From the NCBI GenBank assembly GCA_003427395.1, contig BFEA01000005.1, positions 3,515,278-3,579,277 on the forward strand: DNA of 64,000 nucleotides, given 5' to 3'. Below are positions 11,001-22,671 of this stretch, one piece after another; position 1 is the first letter of the stretch, and every line of letters begins with the position of its first letter. The notes under the pieces are model-generated. The model saw only the letters and a list, made by a program, of their open reading frames with translations, was not told where the DNA came from and made no database searches. The stretch is from Chara braunii (Eukaryota > Plantae > Charophyceae). The position numbers were made by a program, and so were the translations under genes.

Positions 11001-12655
11001 ATGGTCTAAGCCGGATTGAGTGGCGAAAAGAAGAAGAAGAGGATGTAAATGGAACGCTTGAAGAATCATCCTATGTTGATAATTTTCTTAATGAGAAAGA
11101 TGATGAGGATTATGAAGCACCACACTCCTACAAGTGGAGTTTGTGGCATGAAGAGATAGACAACTGGGGAGAAATCCCTAATGCATATGTTTATGAGTCG
11201 ATTCTTAGGAAAGAAGAAGAAGATGAACCAAATGATTGGTATGCTAGAGTTAATGCAGCAGAAGTGACTGCTCATGAAATGGGGGAAAACTCTGGTTCAA
11301 AGGAAGAAGAAGAAGGAGGCGAAAAAAAGGAAGAAGATATATTTTTCATATTTGAGGAATATGATGAAAACTATCAAGAGATTGGTAAGAGGATGAAAAA
11401 GGAGCAACTAAAAGAATAGTATTGTAAGAATTCAAGGAAAAAGTTCAGACTAAAAAGAAGACATTTCTTTGTGGATGGTAAGGGAGGCCTACTTCCACTA
11501 AGGGTGGTCTGTGGTAAAGAGAGACAATTAGAGATAATTGCTGCTCTACATGAGGGGGGTGCTGGTGGCCACAGGGCTGCCGAGGCAACCTACTCTAAGA
11601 CTGTCAAACTCTACTTCTGGCCTGGCATGAGAGACATGATTTTCTGATTTTGTAAATCATGTGTGTTATGTCAGAAGAGGTCTCCCACAAGAATGATTGA
11701 ACCTTTATTTCCCACTATTCTGGTAGAGCCAGGAAGCAGAGTTCATTTAGATCTCATCACAATGCTTTTAGGCAAGGGCGGAATGAGATATATACTGAAC
11801 TTGAGAGATAACTTCTTTGGACATGTTGAGGCAAAAACTATAAAAAGAAAGACAGCCGAGCAAGTGGCTGACTGGATAGAAGAAGTTCATCTTAGGTATC
11901 CTTTTATCAGATAATTTGTCTCTGACAGGGGATCAGAATTTTGAAATGAGATCGTTAGGAGAACCACACTCAGGTTGGGTGTCAGAATTCTGTATGTGAC
12001 TACTTACCATTTTCAAGCTAATGCACTTGTTGAAAGAGGTCACAAAACTTTGAAAGATTCATTGGCCAAGTGGTGTGAAGGAAATCTCAGCAACTGACCA
12101 AAAGTGTTAAGAGCTGCTGTATATGCTGACAACATCACAGTTAAAAGAACTACTGGCTATGCACCATTTACTCTGTGGTATGACCGATATGCTACATTGC
12201 CTATTGAGAATATTGTCAAGACATGGTCAAATCAAGAAAGTGACAGGGACTATTCTATTTCAGAGCTCCTTCAGATCCGAATGAGGCAAATATCAGACGT
12301 TGGCCAGACAGTAATGGATGCTGCAGAAAGGATGACATCTAACAGATTGTCAGATCAAGAGAGATGAAACAAGAAAAGATACATAAGAAAGGAAAAACTG
12401 AAAGTTTGAGATGTTGTCCTTCTGTTTGACAGTTCCCTTGAGACACAATGGACTAAAAGGTTGGAGCCCAGATGACTTGGTTCTTATAAAATTATGGGAG
12501 GAGCAGAGGGCAAAGTTTATGAGATCTTAGAGATGGATGGATCCAGGGTTCATGACATGGTATCAAATTCAAGACTTCGTAAATTCATATTCAGAGATCC
12601 AGATCTGATTCCTACGGTAACCTCAAGGAGAGGGAAGAAAAGTCAGTCATCTAAG
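8095..12655 (+). pseudogene. pol: Pol of element A: protease, RT, RNase H, integrase; no chromodomain; fragmented
   Basis: Protease ALVDSGAE…ILGTPFL; RT DLYSGYDQ, PQGWTNG, YIDD; RNase H KELLSI…RTD…ADGLSR; integrase H..GH…C..C, HLD, SDRGSEF, ANALVERGH and a GPY/F-like LGSYKI; stop at 12653..12655. Confidence 0.95.
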
Positions 12656-14579
12656 TGAGAGAGCAGGTCCAGAGAACTGAGAGAAAAAGTATTGTAAGAC
12701 AATGAGACAGTAAAACTGAATTTTTAGCAGACAGTGATCGTTCGTGCATGGTCAATTCAACATTTCAATTCTTCAACATGTCAATTAATTTTCCGTTTTA
12801 GCAGGTAACAAAGTTAATAAGACTATACCTTTGATGTAATGCTACAGTCGATCCATGAGTCTCAGGTCCCTGAAAGTGGGGAATAACTGTGAGGCACAGT
12901 TTTTCGTGAGCATTGACGCAGTGTCAAGATCAGAGAACTCATGGATGTGGCATATCAAGAGATGTATTCAGTATTCTTTTTATGATAAAGAGGAAGCACG
13001 ATGAGCATAGAGAAGTTCAGTTCTGTCTGACTAAGAGTTGTCAGCAGAAGAACTTTGTGTTTTTGACTAAGTTATCAGCTCTCTCTAAGAAGAGGGAAGG
13101 GACCCCTCTGAGATCAACATTTCAATATTTCCTTGGGACTGACGGGATGTCTCTTGGAAAAGAAAATTCCCAGCTGAGGGAAGGGGTCTCTCTGGGACCA
13201 GCAATGAGTATACTTCTTGAGACTGACGGGACATCTCTTGAGAAATGTTTGTCCTGTTATGGGGCGAGGGCAGTTTGCTTGTGAGTTATGATACGCTTGT
13301 CTAATTATCTGTGCCTGGGGTATCTTCTTCTTTAAACCTAAGGATGGATTGATTGTCGGGGTCAGCCAGAGCCTTACCGCGGTAGGTTGCAATCTGGTGG
13401 GGTCAGCAGGTCCCCGATGCGAGTGTCGAATTCCGTAATCAACTGAGGCTCAGACTCCGGGGGTCTGGCCTATGAGGTTGAAAGGGGTCAGCTGGAACCC
13501 TACTGTAGTTAGAGGATGCAATCCAGTAAGGTTCGCCAGAGCCTTGAATCGTAGTTAGACCGAGTCCTACGTTCGAAAATCTGGGCGGGGCAGCCAGCGC
13601 CCTTGGCCAAAAACTGGTAGGTGAGCTGGTCCCTGACCGCAGTGGTCAAATCCGGGTTCGGGACAGTTTGACTGACGGGACGTCTACTGTCATAGGGTGA
13701 CCAGACCCGCTATAGTTTGGGTGTCCTGGCGAGAGTGCTAAAGGGCTTCCATACTCGAGTAGTGGGTATGCTGGTCCTTACTTGGAGGCAGGTCAAAGGG
13801 GCTGTTAAGACAAATGGTCTAACTAGTCCTAGCCTGAGGTGGGTCGGATGAGGTATGTCAGACTGACGGGACGTCTGTCATTCCTAACCAGTGGTGGGCC
13901 GAAACCAAGGCAATCAATAAGCTCCTGGGTGTAAGGAATTGTTTTATTGCGTCTATTATTTAATTATTTTATTAAATTTATTATTGTTTTATTTTATTCG
14001 GGGTTCTGGTTTGTTTACTTGCTGCTTGTCTGATAACAGTTGGGGAACCTGCTTGCTAGGGCATAGTTATTGTCTGTAGGACTCGCTGTTTTGCAGGTAT
14101 ACAAATACTTATCTGAAGTTCCCAGACCAGAGAAAAGAAAAAAGGTTTGGTATCCCCTCCCTTTTATCTGAGAAGCCGAGGAGACGCCTCATTTAGGCCA
14201 GAGAAAGAAAACAAGGGTTTGATATCCCCATCAGGTGTTTGGGAAGTTGAGAAGACGTCTCACTCAGGCCAGAGAGATAGAAAAAAGGTTTGGTATGTTC
14301 CGTCCCCAACATGGCAGACAGAGTGAGTGCCCTCGTTACGGGGACAACACCCCTGGCAAAGATGCCTGATCAAGAGCTAAGGTAACCTTCATACAAAAGA
14401 TCGGCAGCAGAGCAAGTTAATCAGGTAGACAAAAATCCTTGTTAAAATTTATTTGGTGGCCGACAAGCGGCCTTGTTCACGAGGAACCTGCATCCCCGGC
14501 CTTAAGGAAGCCAAACTCTCAGGCCTGGGATGCTATGAAGTGGACTGTGAACTGAAAATTTTACAAGTCGAAATCAGAC

Positions 14580-15047
14580 TCAGAAAGTTGAGGAGAAATC
14601 ATGCTTATATAAGACATAAAAGATGGTCGTGAGCTCAATCTGGAAAAGAAAGAGAAAAAAGAAGATACTGAAGAGAATACAATGACTAGGGTGATGAGGT
14701 GATGAAACAACACATGGGACAGAGGAAGGTGGAACTGGCACTATGGCCTTGCTCACAGCAGGGGTGGAGGGAGCTCTGGGGATATAAGGAGGAGAAGAAG
14801 CACTGGGTGTGCCGTAGCGTGTATCAATTTTTTTTCGGAGGTACTCCATCCTGTCTGGGGATGAAGTCTTCTCGTACCATCCTGTTAGTGGATAACGCGG
14901 ATAAGGCCTCTGATGTGCATAGCCTCTTGGCTCTTCTTCCTCCTCCTCTGAACTATAATCGCGCCTTGCCCTAGCCGGTGGCTCCTCCTTAGCCTTCCCT
15001 GTCCTACCTCCCCTTCCTCTACCCTGTCCGCGACGCGCCTCAGGCAT
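14580..15047 (-). CDS. Antisense ORF in the 3' internal region of element A
   Basis: ATG start followed by Arg/Gly-rich, acidic and Pro-rich segments; position and orientation typical of accessory antisense ORFs of non-chromovirus gypsy elements. Confidence 0.55.
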   Translation of the reverse strand: MPEARRGQGRGRGGRTGKAKEEPPARARRDYSSEEEEEEPRGYAHQRPYPRYPLTGWYEKTSSPDRMEYLRKKIDTRYGTPSASSPPYIPRAPSTPAVSKAIVPVPPSSVPCVVSSPHHPSHCILFSIFFFLFLFQIELTTIFYVLYKHDFSSTF

Positions 15048-15324
15048 GATGTAAGACGAGTGGCCGCAAAGAGGGAGTTACGACCTAAGAGTACTATGAG
15101 AGCAGGATCTAGACTAAGGACGAAGGAAACACTAAAGAAGGAAGAAGGAAACTACCCTGGACCTAAGGGATTACAACGCGACAAGAGGGAAAAAGGAAAC
15201 TAGCGCCGGGAGAGAGAGAACTAACGCTGAGAAGAAGGCTAAGGCAGGAGGAAGCTAGCGTCGAAAAAGAAGATTGACGCAGAGAGAGAAGGCTAACGCA
15301 AAGCTAAGAAGAAGGATGAGCGCT

Positions 15325-15339
15325 AAGAGGGGGGGCGAG
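15325..15339 (+). promoter_or_regulatory. Polypurine tract
   Basis: AAGAGGGGGGGCGAG immediately before TGTTG. Confidence 0.8.
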
Positions 15340-18300
15340 TGTTGAAGAGAAAACAGAAAACTGACTGCGCTAAGGCACAGTATGGATGCTACCGCAAGTC
15401 ACAAGTAGGAATGAATGAGAATGTTGCTTGCTTACGCTGGTTTTATACTGGAAGCGTAATCCATTTCGACCCAGCGGGGACGCTGGGTGGGGGTTTGGTA
15501 TTATGTCAAAGGGCGCAGTGTCCCGACCCTCCTCTGCGTACCAGGTCCCTGCCTGATATCGGCTCCTTGTCCCGGTGTCGTGGCCTATGGGGGGGGGCCT
15601 ATGGTCCAGAATTAAGTTCCCTGGTACCCAGGCTGTACCATGACGTGGACCGACCCTGTTTGGTGCTTACCTCAGCAAAAAGGTGCGCCACAGGGCTTTC
15701 CATTGGTCCACGCAGGCTCGGCGCTCTGCTGTACAGCAGAGCACAACCGGCCTATGACCGTGGTAGCCGCCGGGTTCGCCCTGGGACGCGGAGGAGAGAA
15801 GACTGGCTCAGTCTTTTCAACTGCGCGCCAAGTGCCCTGGTACCGAGTTATGGGTTAGGTGCAAGAAGACAGGTCATTGTAAAACAAAAGAAAAGCTAAA
15901 GCTAGGCGGCCGAGCCACACTCAGATCGTGGCCTTGTTTAAATGTGGGGTAATCCAATGATATCGGGTCACTGTACCTTCGAGTTTTTTTTTTTTTTTAC
16001 TTTTATTATTTTAACCATTATTATTAATTTTTCGATTTATAGTGATTACTATGTAGCTTGTACTAATTCTCGAGGCCAATGGATGAATTCTGGACCGCGG
16101 CTGCTGTCTGATAAGCTTGGTCGCTCAGACTTGAAGTGACTGTCAAGCCCTGATGGTTGTGATCCGGGCCAGGTGCAGAAGTGTGATAGTGGTGATTCGT
16201 GAGGCCGCCTCAACAGCGCGCCAGACTCATGTAGCCACGATGTAGAGCGAGTGCAGTGTTGAAGGTCATTGTCTGAAGGCAAAAGGGAAGGAAAAGGAAA
16301 ATGTTGAGCGTTAGGCTTTGAATTTGCACTCAAGTTTAAATCGCTGTCCTGGCTCGTCGGTATCCGGGAAAACTTCAAGCGCCATCCGTTTCTTTCTGTT
16401 TTTTTTCATCATTATTAATGGTATTATTATTATTATTATTATTACCATACCGGTTTTCGGACGCGCTTTCCTTTTCATCTTATGTCATATCGCGGGGAGG
16501 CCAACGGTTCGAATTTCGAGTTGTGGTCCAAGTTGGCTGGCCCCACTTATTTCGTCTGAGAATGAGCACCGATTGAGTGCTGCACGGTGAGGCCCCAAAA
16601 GAGGGGGCGACCCGCGGCCGCATCGGCAGGAGGCTCATCACCCCCTATAGGGGGTCAGGAACCCCCTCCTTACCATCGGGCACGGGCACCCAGTGGGAGT
16701 AGTCAGATGGCACGTTTTGAAGAGGAATGGAGATCCGTCGGTATCCCGTTATGGGACCGTCGTGTCAGATCTGTGGGTCACTTTTAGGCCAGAGAAGCGT
16801 TTCAGTGGTCGGTAGCAGAAGCCGACGCTGTGACCGTTGAGTCCTGAGTCAAGGGCACCTTTTAAATTGTTTAGTTTCAATCTATTTTATTATTCTGGAC
16901 CCTTTAAAATTTTTAAATCCAAAAAGGGGGTAAAAAGGACTAATTCGAGTCCGTTAGTTAGAACGTTGGGATTGCGATAGAGAGAGATCCTATAAGAAGA
17001 GGGAGTTGCCATTTACTGCGAGACACAGATGGTCTCGTTGTGCTATCGCAAGGAGGGAAGGACAAAGAGACGAAGTGTGCATGTAATCTGTCTGTGTGCC
17101 TCTGCTTGTGCACCTTGTAGTGGGTACTGGTCATTCGGGTCAATAGGCGGAGCTGGCGCGGTGTCTGTTGTGCTGAGCCTAGCTATGGCGTTGCACGGGT
17201 ATAGGCCCGGATACTCGTACCATCAGGCCCGGTGGAAACCCATATCGGGGGAAGGGCCCTGAAACACATTAATGCTCAATTACGACGGTGGTGATGAAGT
17301 GAGACTAAAAATCAATGTGGAGGGTGCTAAGGAGGTAGAGATGCGGACTGACGCAAAGCTGCAGGACGCGATCACGGAGGCAAAGNATCGTGCGGAGAGG
17401 CGCTGCAGGAGGGACNGAGTGACGACAAAAATGCAGGTAACTGTCTCGTATCATNAGACNGAGACCTCGATGGACANANCAGACCTGGAACAAGCCCATC
17501 TGGACCGGGACTNAGGTGGGGAGAGCGAGATGAGTGAGGCAGGGGATCGAGAGACGGACCTTCAGTCCTGGAACAGACCAGGCCAGGTCCGCAAGAAACA
17601 CCCGCTGGCAGGCCCTGTGGAATGCGGGCCCGAAGCCAGCTCGCGGCAAAATCCCAGAGGGCGAGGGAAAGGAAAAGGGGTGTGAGTCATCGATGCGCGG
17701 GGCGGACTACACGTGGCAGCCCGGGGGAGCGAGAAGAGGTCAACATGAGTGAGAGATAGGGCGGCGGTTAACAGAAGATAGCGGGAGTGCATGAGCATGG
17801 GGCGTGAGCCTACTGCGTTCGTCAGAGAAGTGTGAAACAGGTGGGCTCGTAGAGAGCGGGACATCACGAGTCTGCACGTGGTACATTCTGGCAGGAGGGG
17901 GCAGAAACACCGACGTGGCATGGTCCAGAGGGATAGAGAGAGAAAGAGAGTCAACTCGAGAGACTGGGTAGCAGAGAGAGCAGGTAAAACGGTGAGGGGC
18001 CAGGTGTTGGATGACGAGCGACACGAGAGAGGATAACTCATGCGGGCACGACTTCTTGGCGGACGACAACTGTTCAGGGTGAACTCACACCGTGTGCCTG
18101 TAAAGAGGCACAGCGGACAGGGTTGCTTGGTGAGCTTGGACTACAAGCGTTGCCCTCGATGGCGTTATCCCTGACGTCATCCCTAACGGAGGGGCAAGAG
18201 TCACGATTGTGAGAGGGGTGTTGTGACGAGCTTGCATGTTGAAGGAGGTTGACGTCAACTCATCCATACAATCCAAATCACTGATTTCGACATACCTCCC

Positions 18301-21300
18301 ATACCTGCTTTCTCGTCTCTAGGGTATGCGTAACTTAGAAGAGGTGCGTGTATAATGCAGTGTGCTATGGAGGGTAGTTGGACTCTACGCGTATGTATGC
18401 ACGTGTGTACGTGATTCAGCTGAAGCGAGGCGAGTGAAAAGTCTTTTTGTTGACGTCTTCACACCAGTTCGTGCCAGATTGGGACGCACAATGCTGAGTA
18501 GGTGAAGCAGTGTGGGAGAAGCAAAATGAGCTCCCTGAGTACCGGGTGTTCGCTTGACTAGCAAAAATCTCAGTCATGCCCTCCCTTCTCTTTTTTTGCT
18601 TCGTACTATTGGTCACTGTCACGAAGTGACTAAGGGACAATCGAACCAAAGGGAGAGACGGTGGTTGGCAAGATATATGTGAGCATACAGTGGACTCTTG
18701 AGTGGTGAAACTCGCACTAGAAACTTGTAGAAACCACTTGGAAGCTCTCCCTAAGTTTCACGTGTTCTTTTGTTGAGGGTTGTTTGTGTGGGAACTAGAG
18801 CGAGGGAGCCCACATTGATAGCATAAGCGATCACATCCGATTCTGTGGTGGGCCGTATAGTTTCGGGCGCATTATTGGTCACCAAGGCGGGCAGAAAGTT
18901 GTCTGAAGCTCGAGTTGCTAGCAGATGAGAAACTAATCTTTTTTTTTCACAAGACGTGTTGTGTACTGAGACGACCTAGACGTGTTGATGGCTGGTAAGT
19001 CAATTGAGAGGTTGAACGAGCTTTGGGCACTTTTCGTTGAGGTAAGATAGTTTGACTTCAAGCAAAAACATGACTAAGTTGATTCTCTTAAGAATGCATA
19101 TGATATGACCTTAGTGTGACCTAAGGCCGTGTGAGAGAAGATAACGCGTGTCGAAAGAGATGACACCACTAGAGCATGAAGAGTGTGATGCCTTTTCGTA
19201 TGTATTACTATTTCCCAAAGTTTTGTTGTTTTTCACTGAGGTCGCGGTTCTACTGGGCTTAACGGCGGAACAGGAAGAGTGTCCTTGCTAACTTTAGCTT
19301 GTCTCTCTGGCTGGTATGACGCCAGCAATAGGACGTGTACGGCCATATGCTTGTGTGGTCCAATGAGCCCAGATACTCGTGCGAACTCAGGATTTATGCG
19401 ACTGCGCGAGCATAAGATCATACTAGCCTATGAACGATAACGTTGGATGATGTTAAAAGCGTGTTTGGGACCTGATTCTTCGCGTATATTGAGCCTAAGC
19501 GATGAGCTATGGAGGAAGAAAAAGTCAGTTAAAGAGGGTTGCTTATTTGACTGAAAAGTTTTTGCTGGATGGAGACTAGTATTAGCAGCCCTGGATATAG
19601 CAGAAGGAGAAAGTTCGATGGTTGTTCCTTGATCAGCGTTGGTTATGCCCCAACTGCCAAAATCTGACAGGTTTAAGTCCCTTTTTCGGAGGGAGGTGGT
19701 TCCCTGCATCAGTTTGATCGCTTTGACTGTGGAAAATGAATTGGTGTGTATGTGATCCTATTCATGCAAAACGAAAAGTGAGATGAGAGGAAGAGAGAGA
19801 GAGATCAATCCTTAGTTTCAGATCCCAGGCGGCATGCACAACCTGTATTTTTTTTGGGGGGGGGGGATTGTTTGAGGGGACATGAGACTGTTCTCATAAA
19901 CGTGCGAAGCGCGTGAGCCAACCTCTACGACTTCTAAATTTTGGTCAGGACTACAAGAACTACTGTTGTTCGTCTGAGTGCCTAGTTTAGAGAAACTAAT
20001 GACTCAGTGAAAAGGTTCTAACTAAGGATTTATCGAAACGTGTCTGCAGTCCAGCAGATTTCACTGGCTAATCATGCTGGGTGTATAGCTCAAGGACAGG
20101 TTATCTCGCACGTCGATAGTCTAAACTAGATAGACCCTTGCCCTTGCAGAATGTTTATGGTTAAGGCAGTCAGGTATGTGGCAATGGAGAGTCGTTAGTT
20201 ACCTCGAACTCTAGCTGGTAGCAGAATGCTTGTTTGATACTGAAGATAAACATCCTATCCCTGGTGGAAAAACACTGCAGCAAAATTCGCTAGTACGTTT
20301 TCTCAAGCCTTCTACTTGGAGTAGTGGTTAAGGAATCTCTGCAAAATAGAGGAGACATGGGGAGTGAAGACACTCTATTGGTGTCCTACATATCTTGTCA
20401 AGATAGAGTGAAGAATTTAGGGGAAGAAATACTAAAAAGCTTTCAGTGCCACATAAGGTTAATGAGAGAACATGCACTTACAGTAGTGAGAATACAGAAA
20501 AACATTGAATACGTCATATATTTTTATGGGCCTAACGGAGAGTTGGACAGTACCTACTCGCACCTAGAAACGACTGAACAGGCCAGGACAGAGATTGAAA
20601 GAGCGTGAGTGTGCTCAAACTCCTTTCCCCCTCTTCAACGGCATGCCCGGGTGGTAACCACTCAGTCCCCACACCACGGTACTCAGTACCGTGATACCAA
20701 GTGATCAGCGCTTAGTATGGCGTGTCAAGTAAACGTCACAGGGCTGTCCAGCTGAGTAAACGAGCCCTCTGTACGCCGCCGAGCAATCTTGTGTTCAGTG
20801 ATTCCCTCAAAACAACAAAAACACACCCCCTGGAGAATGCATCAGTAAAGGTCTATCACCTTTTTAGTCGTCTCTCCATCGGTATCCGAGTTCTGTAAAA
20901 ATAAGACAATGCTCTTAGCGGAAGACACTGAAGGTTCGCTCTAAAATCTACGCTTGTACATGATCATGACTCAGCTATTTGAATTATAGAGAGACATCAG
21001 TTAGAGCCAATCAACATTCAGCCTGCACTCGGCCAGGTTTTCTTTCGATGTGCGATCACTTGGGTCATTAGAAAGTCTCAGTTAAGGACGAGCAACTTTC
21101 TGACAACCTTTCATTTGTATCTGATCAGCTTCATTCGACAATCAGTCAACTTTCAACTATTACTCTATCAGCAAAAACTCAGCAGTACTCGGTTTCAGTC
21201 AGCAAAATTTCAGCAAACATTTAGTTCTCATTTCAGCAATTAATCAGTTCGCTGATCAGAAGTCAAACAACAAACAATAGTATTCAAACGGCAGTCAAGC

Positions 21301-22671
21301 AGTGGTCAAACAAGCGTTCAAATAACATCAAATCTGCTCTCAAACAGCGTCTAACTAGCATCCAAGCAGCATCTAACTAGCAATCAAACAATACTCAAGC
21401 ACCAATCAAGGATCTATTATTTGGTAACAATTGTTGCCTGATTCAGTGAGCAAACAGTTGGCTTGATCCGTAAAGGACTTATCAATAAGAGATTCAGCCT
21501 CTTTCAGCTATCAAGCAGCTTGCCAAGCACATGATAGAGATTAACCCCATCACGATTGACCAACTGGTCCTCGACAACCTCAACCGGGTAGCCTCGAGAG
21601 AGTGCTTCCCCTACAAATATGTCTGAATCGATGGTTTTAAGCGTGAAGATCTGTCAATCTTCATTGCTCTCACAAAGTTTGCAGAAGGTACGGTCAAAGA
21701 TCTGCGGATCTATTTAAAGAAAGCGAATGAGGTTCATCCACATTTTGATGCAGTGTGGGCTGCAGCGGCCGGGTATGTGCAGTGGAAAGCTGAGAGGCTC
21801 AAGGCGAACACAAAGCTAGTCTATAGCCTCGAGCCTAAACTTTTCACTGACTATCCCAAACCTTCGGTCCCCTACTATCTTACTGATGGCTCTTATTGGG
21901 GTGGACTGGTGGACCTAGCCAAGAGATACGTATCATTAGCAGAGATCGATTACAACGCAATGACTGAGCCTTCTGAGTTTCCACATCTCAGGAGGGGCGT
22001 TTTCTCTCAGCCCTATCTCCCTACACTATGGGAGGAATTTTGTGCCATGCTTGGCTTCCGTTTTATGGGACTTTGCTGGAAGTTTGGAACTAGTGGGTTT
22101 CAAGTGACTTTACATTCAGAAGCCACAACCTCAGAGAGTACGGAGACATGGCAAGAGGCCTAGACGACAGGCAACAAAGTGACAGATGAAGAGTGAAGTT
22201 CTGAGGGTTGAGTGAGGACTCTTGATTGGTACTGGCCATGCTCTTTTCCATGTGTACTCGCTGAGACTATTACGAGTTATCATTCTTCCCTCGTTCATTT
22301 GCTCTTGTCATTGCTTGAATCAGTCGGTCTTGCTTCTTGCGTGGTTCTTGCCTGATGATTGCTATTGTGAATAATTCTGTCACAGTTCTCAAAATCAGAT
22401 TGACATAATTGATGCATGCATGGCACCCCATAATTTTATGATTATTATTTGTGTGATTCTTTGTTGTTCCGAATCAAAATAAAAGATTCCCAAGACCGGG
22501 GACAGGCGAAGACCGTAATTGAAGGGTCTCGCTCGAAGCCGGACGCACACAACAAGAAGGGATTTGCATTATTTAATTCATTTTATTTATTGCAACCTCA
22601 TACAAAATCCTGCGTGACAGCCTGTTGGCTTTCCGGTCGCCCGAAGTGGCTCGACTGGAAAAAGTGCGACA
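15340..22671 (+). repeat. 3' LTR of element A (~7.3 kb)
   Basis: Begins TGTTG after the PPT and ends CGACA (imperfect inverted termini). The 3' 3.2 kb match the 5' LTR. The start is inferred from the PPT. Candidate TATA box CCTATAAGAAG at ~16989. Confidence 0.8.
17185..17685 (+). pseudogene. LTR-encoded protein (…LKINVEGAKEVEMR…) with an in-frame TGA at 17260..17262
   Basis: ATG ~200 nt after the candidate TATA box; a clear homolog with mostly synonymous changes lies at 40370..40585 (minus). Confidence 0.75.

Larger units (their letters stand above)
1..22671 (+). mobile_element. Element A: decayed Ty3/gypsy LTR retrotransposon with giant LTRs (5' LTR starts upstream of the window)
   Basis: 1..4724 aligns with 19456..22671 (about 93% identity counted over the first ~120 nt). 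Also present: PBS, gag, PR-RT-RH-INT in gypsy order, PPT, and TG...CA termini. Confidence 0.95.

Noticed and set aside
4990-12655. Endogenous caulimovirid
   Set aside because: The ORF packing is virus-like, but the element has an integrase, LTRs and a tRNA-Asp PBS, and no movement protein was recognised.
12658-15339. env-like gene after pol
   Set aside because: No substantial sense ORF with signal-peptide or transmembrane features.
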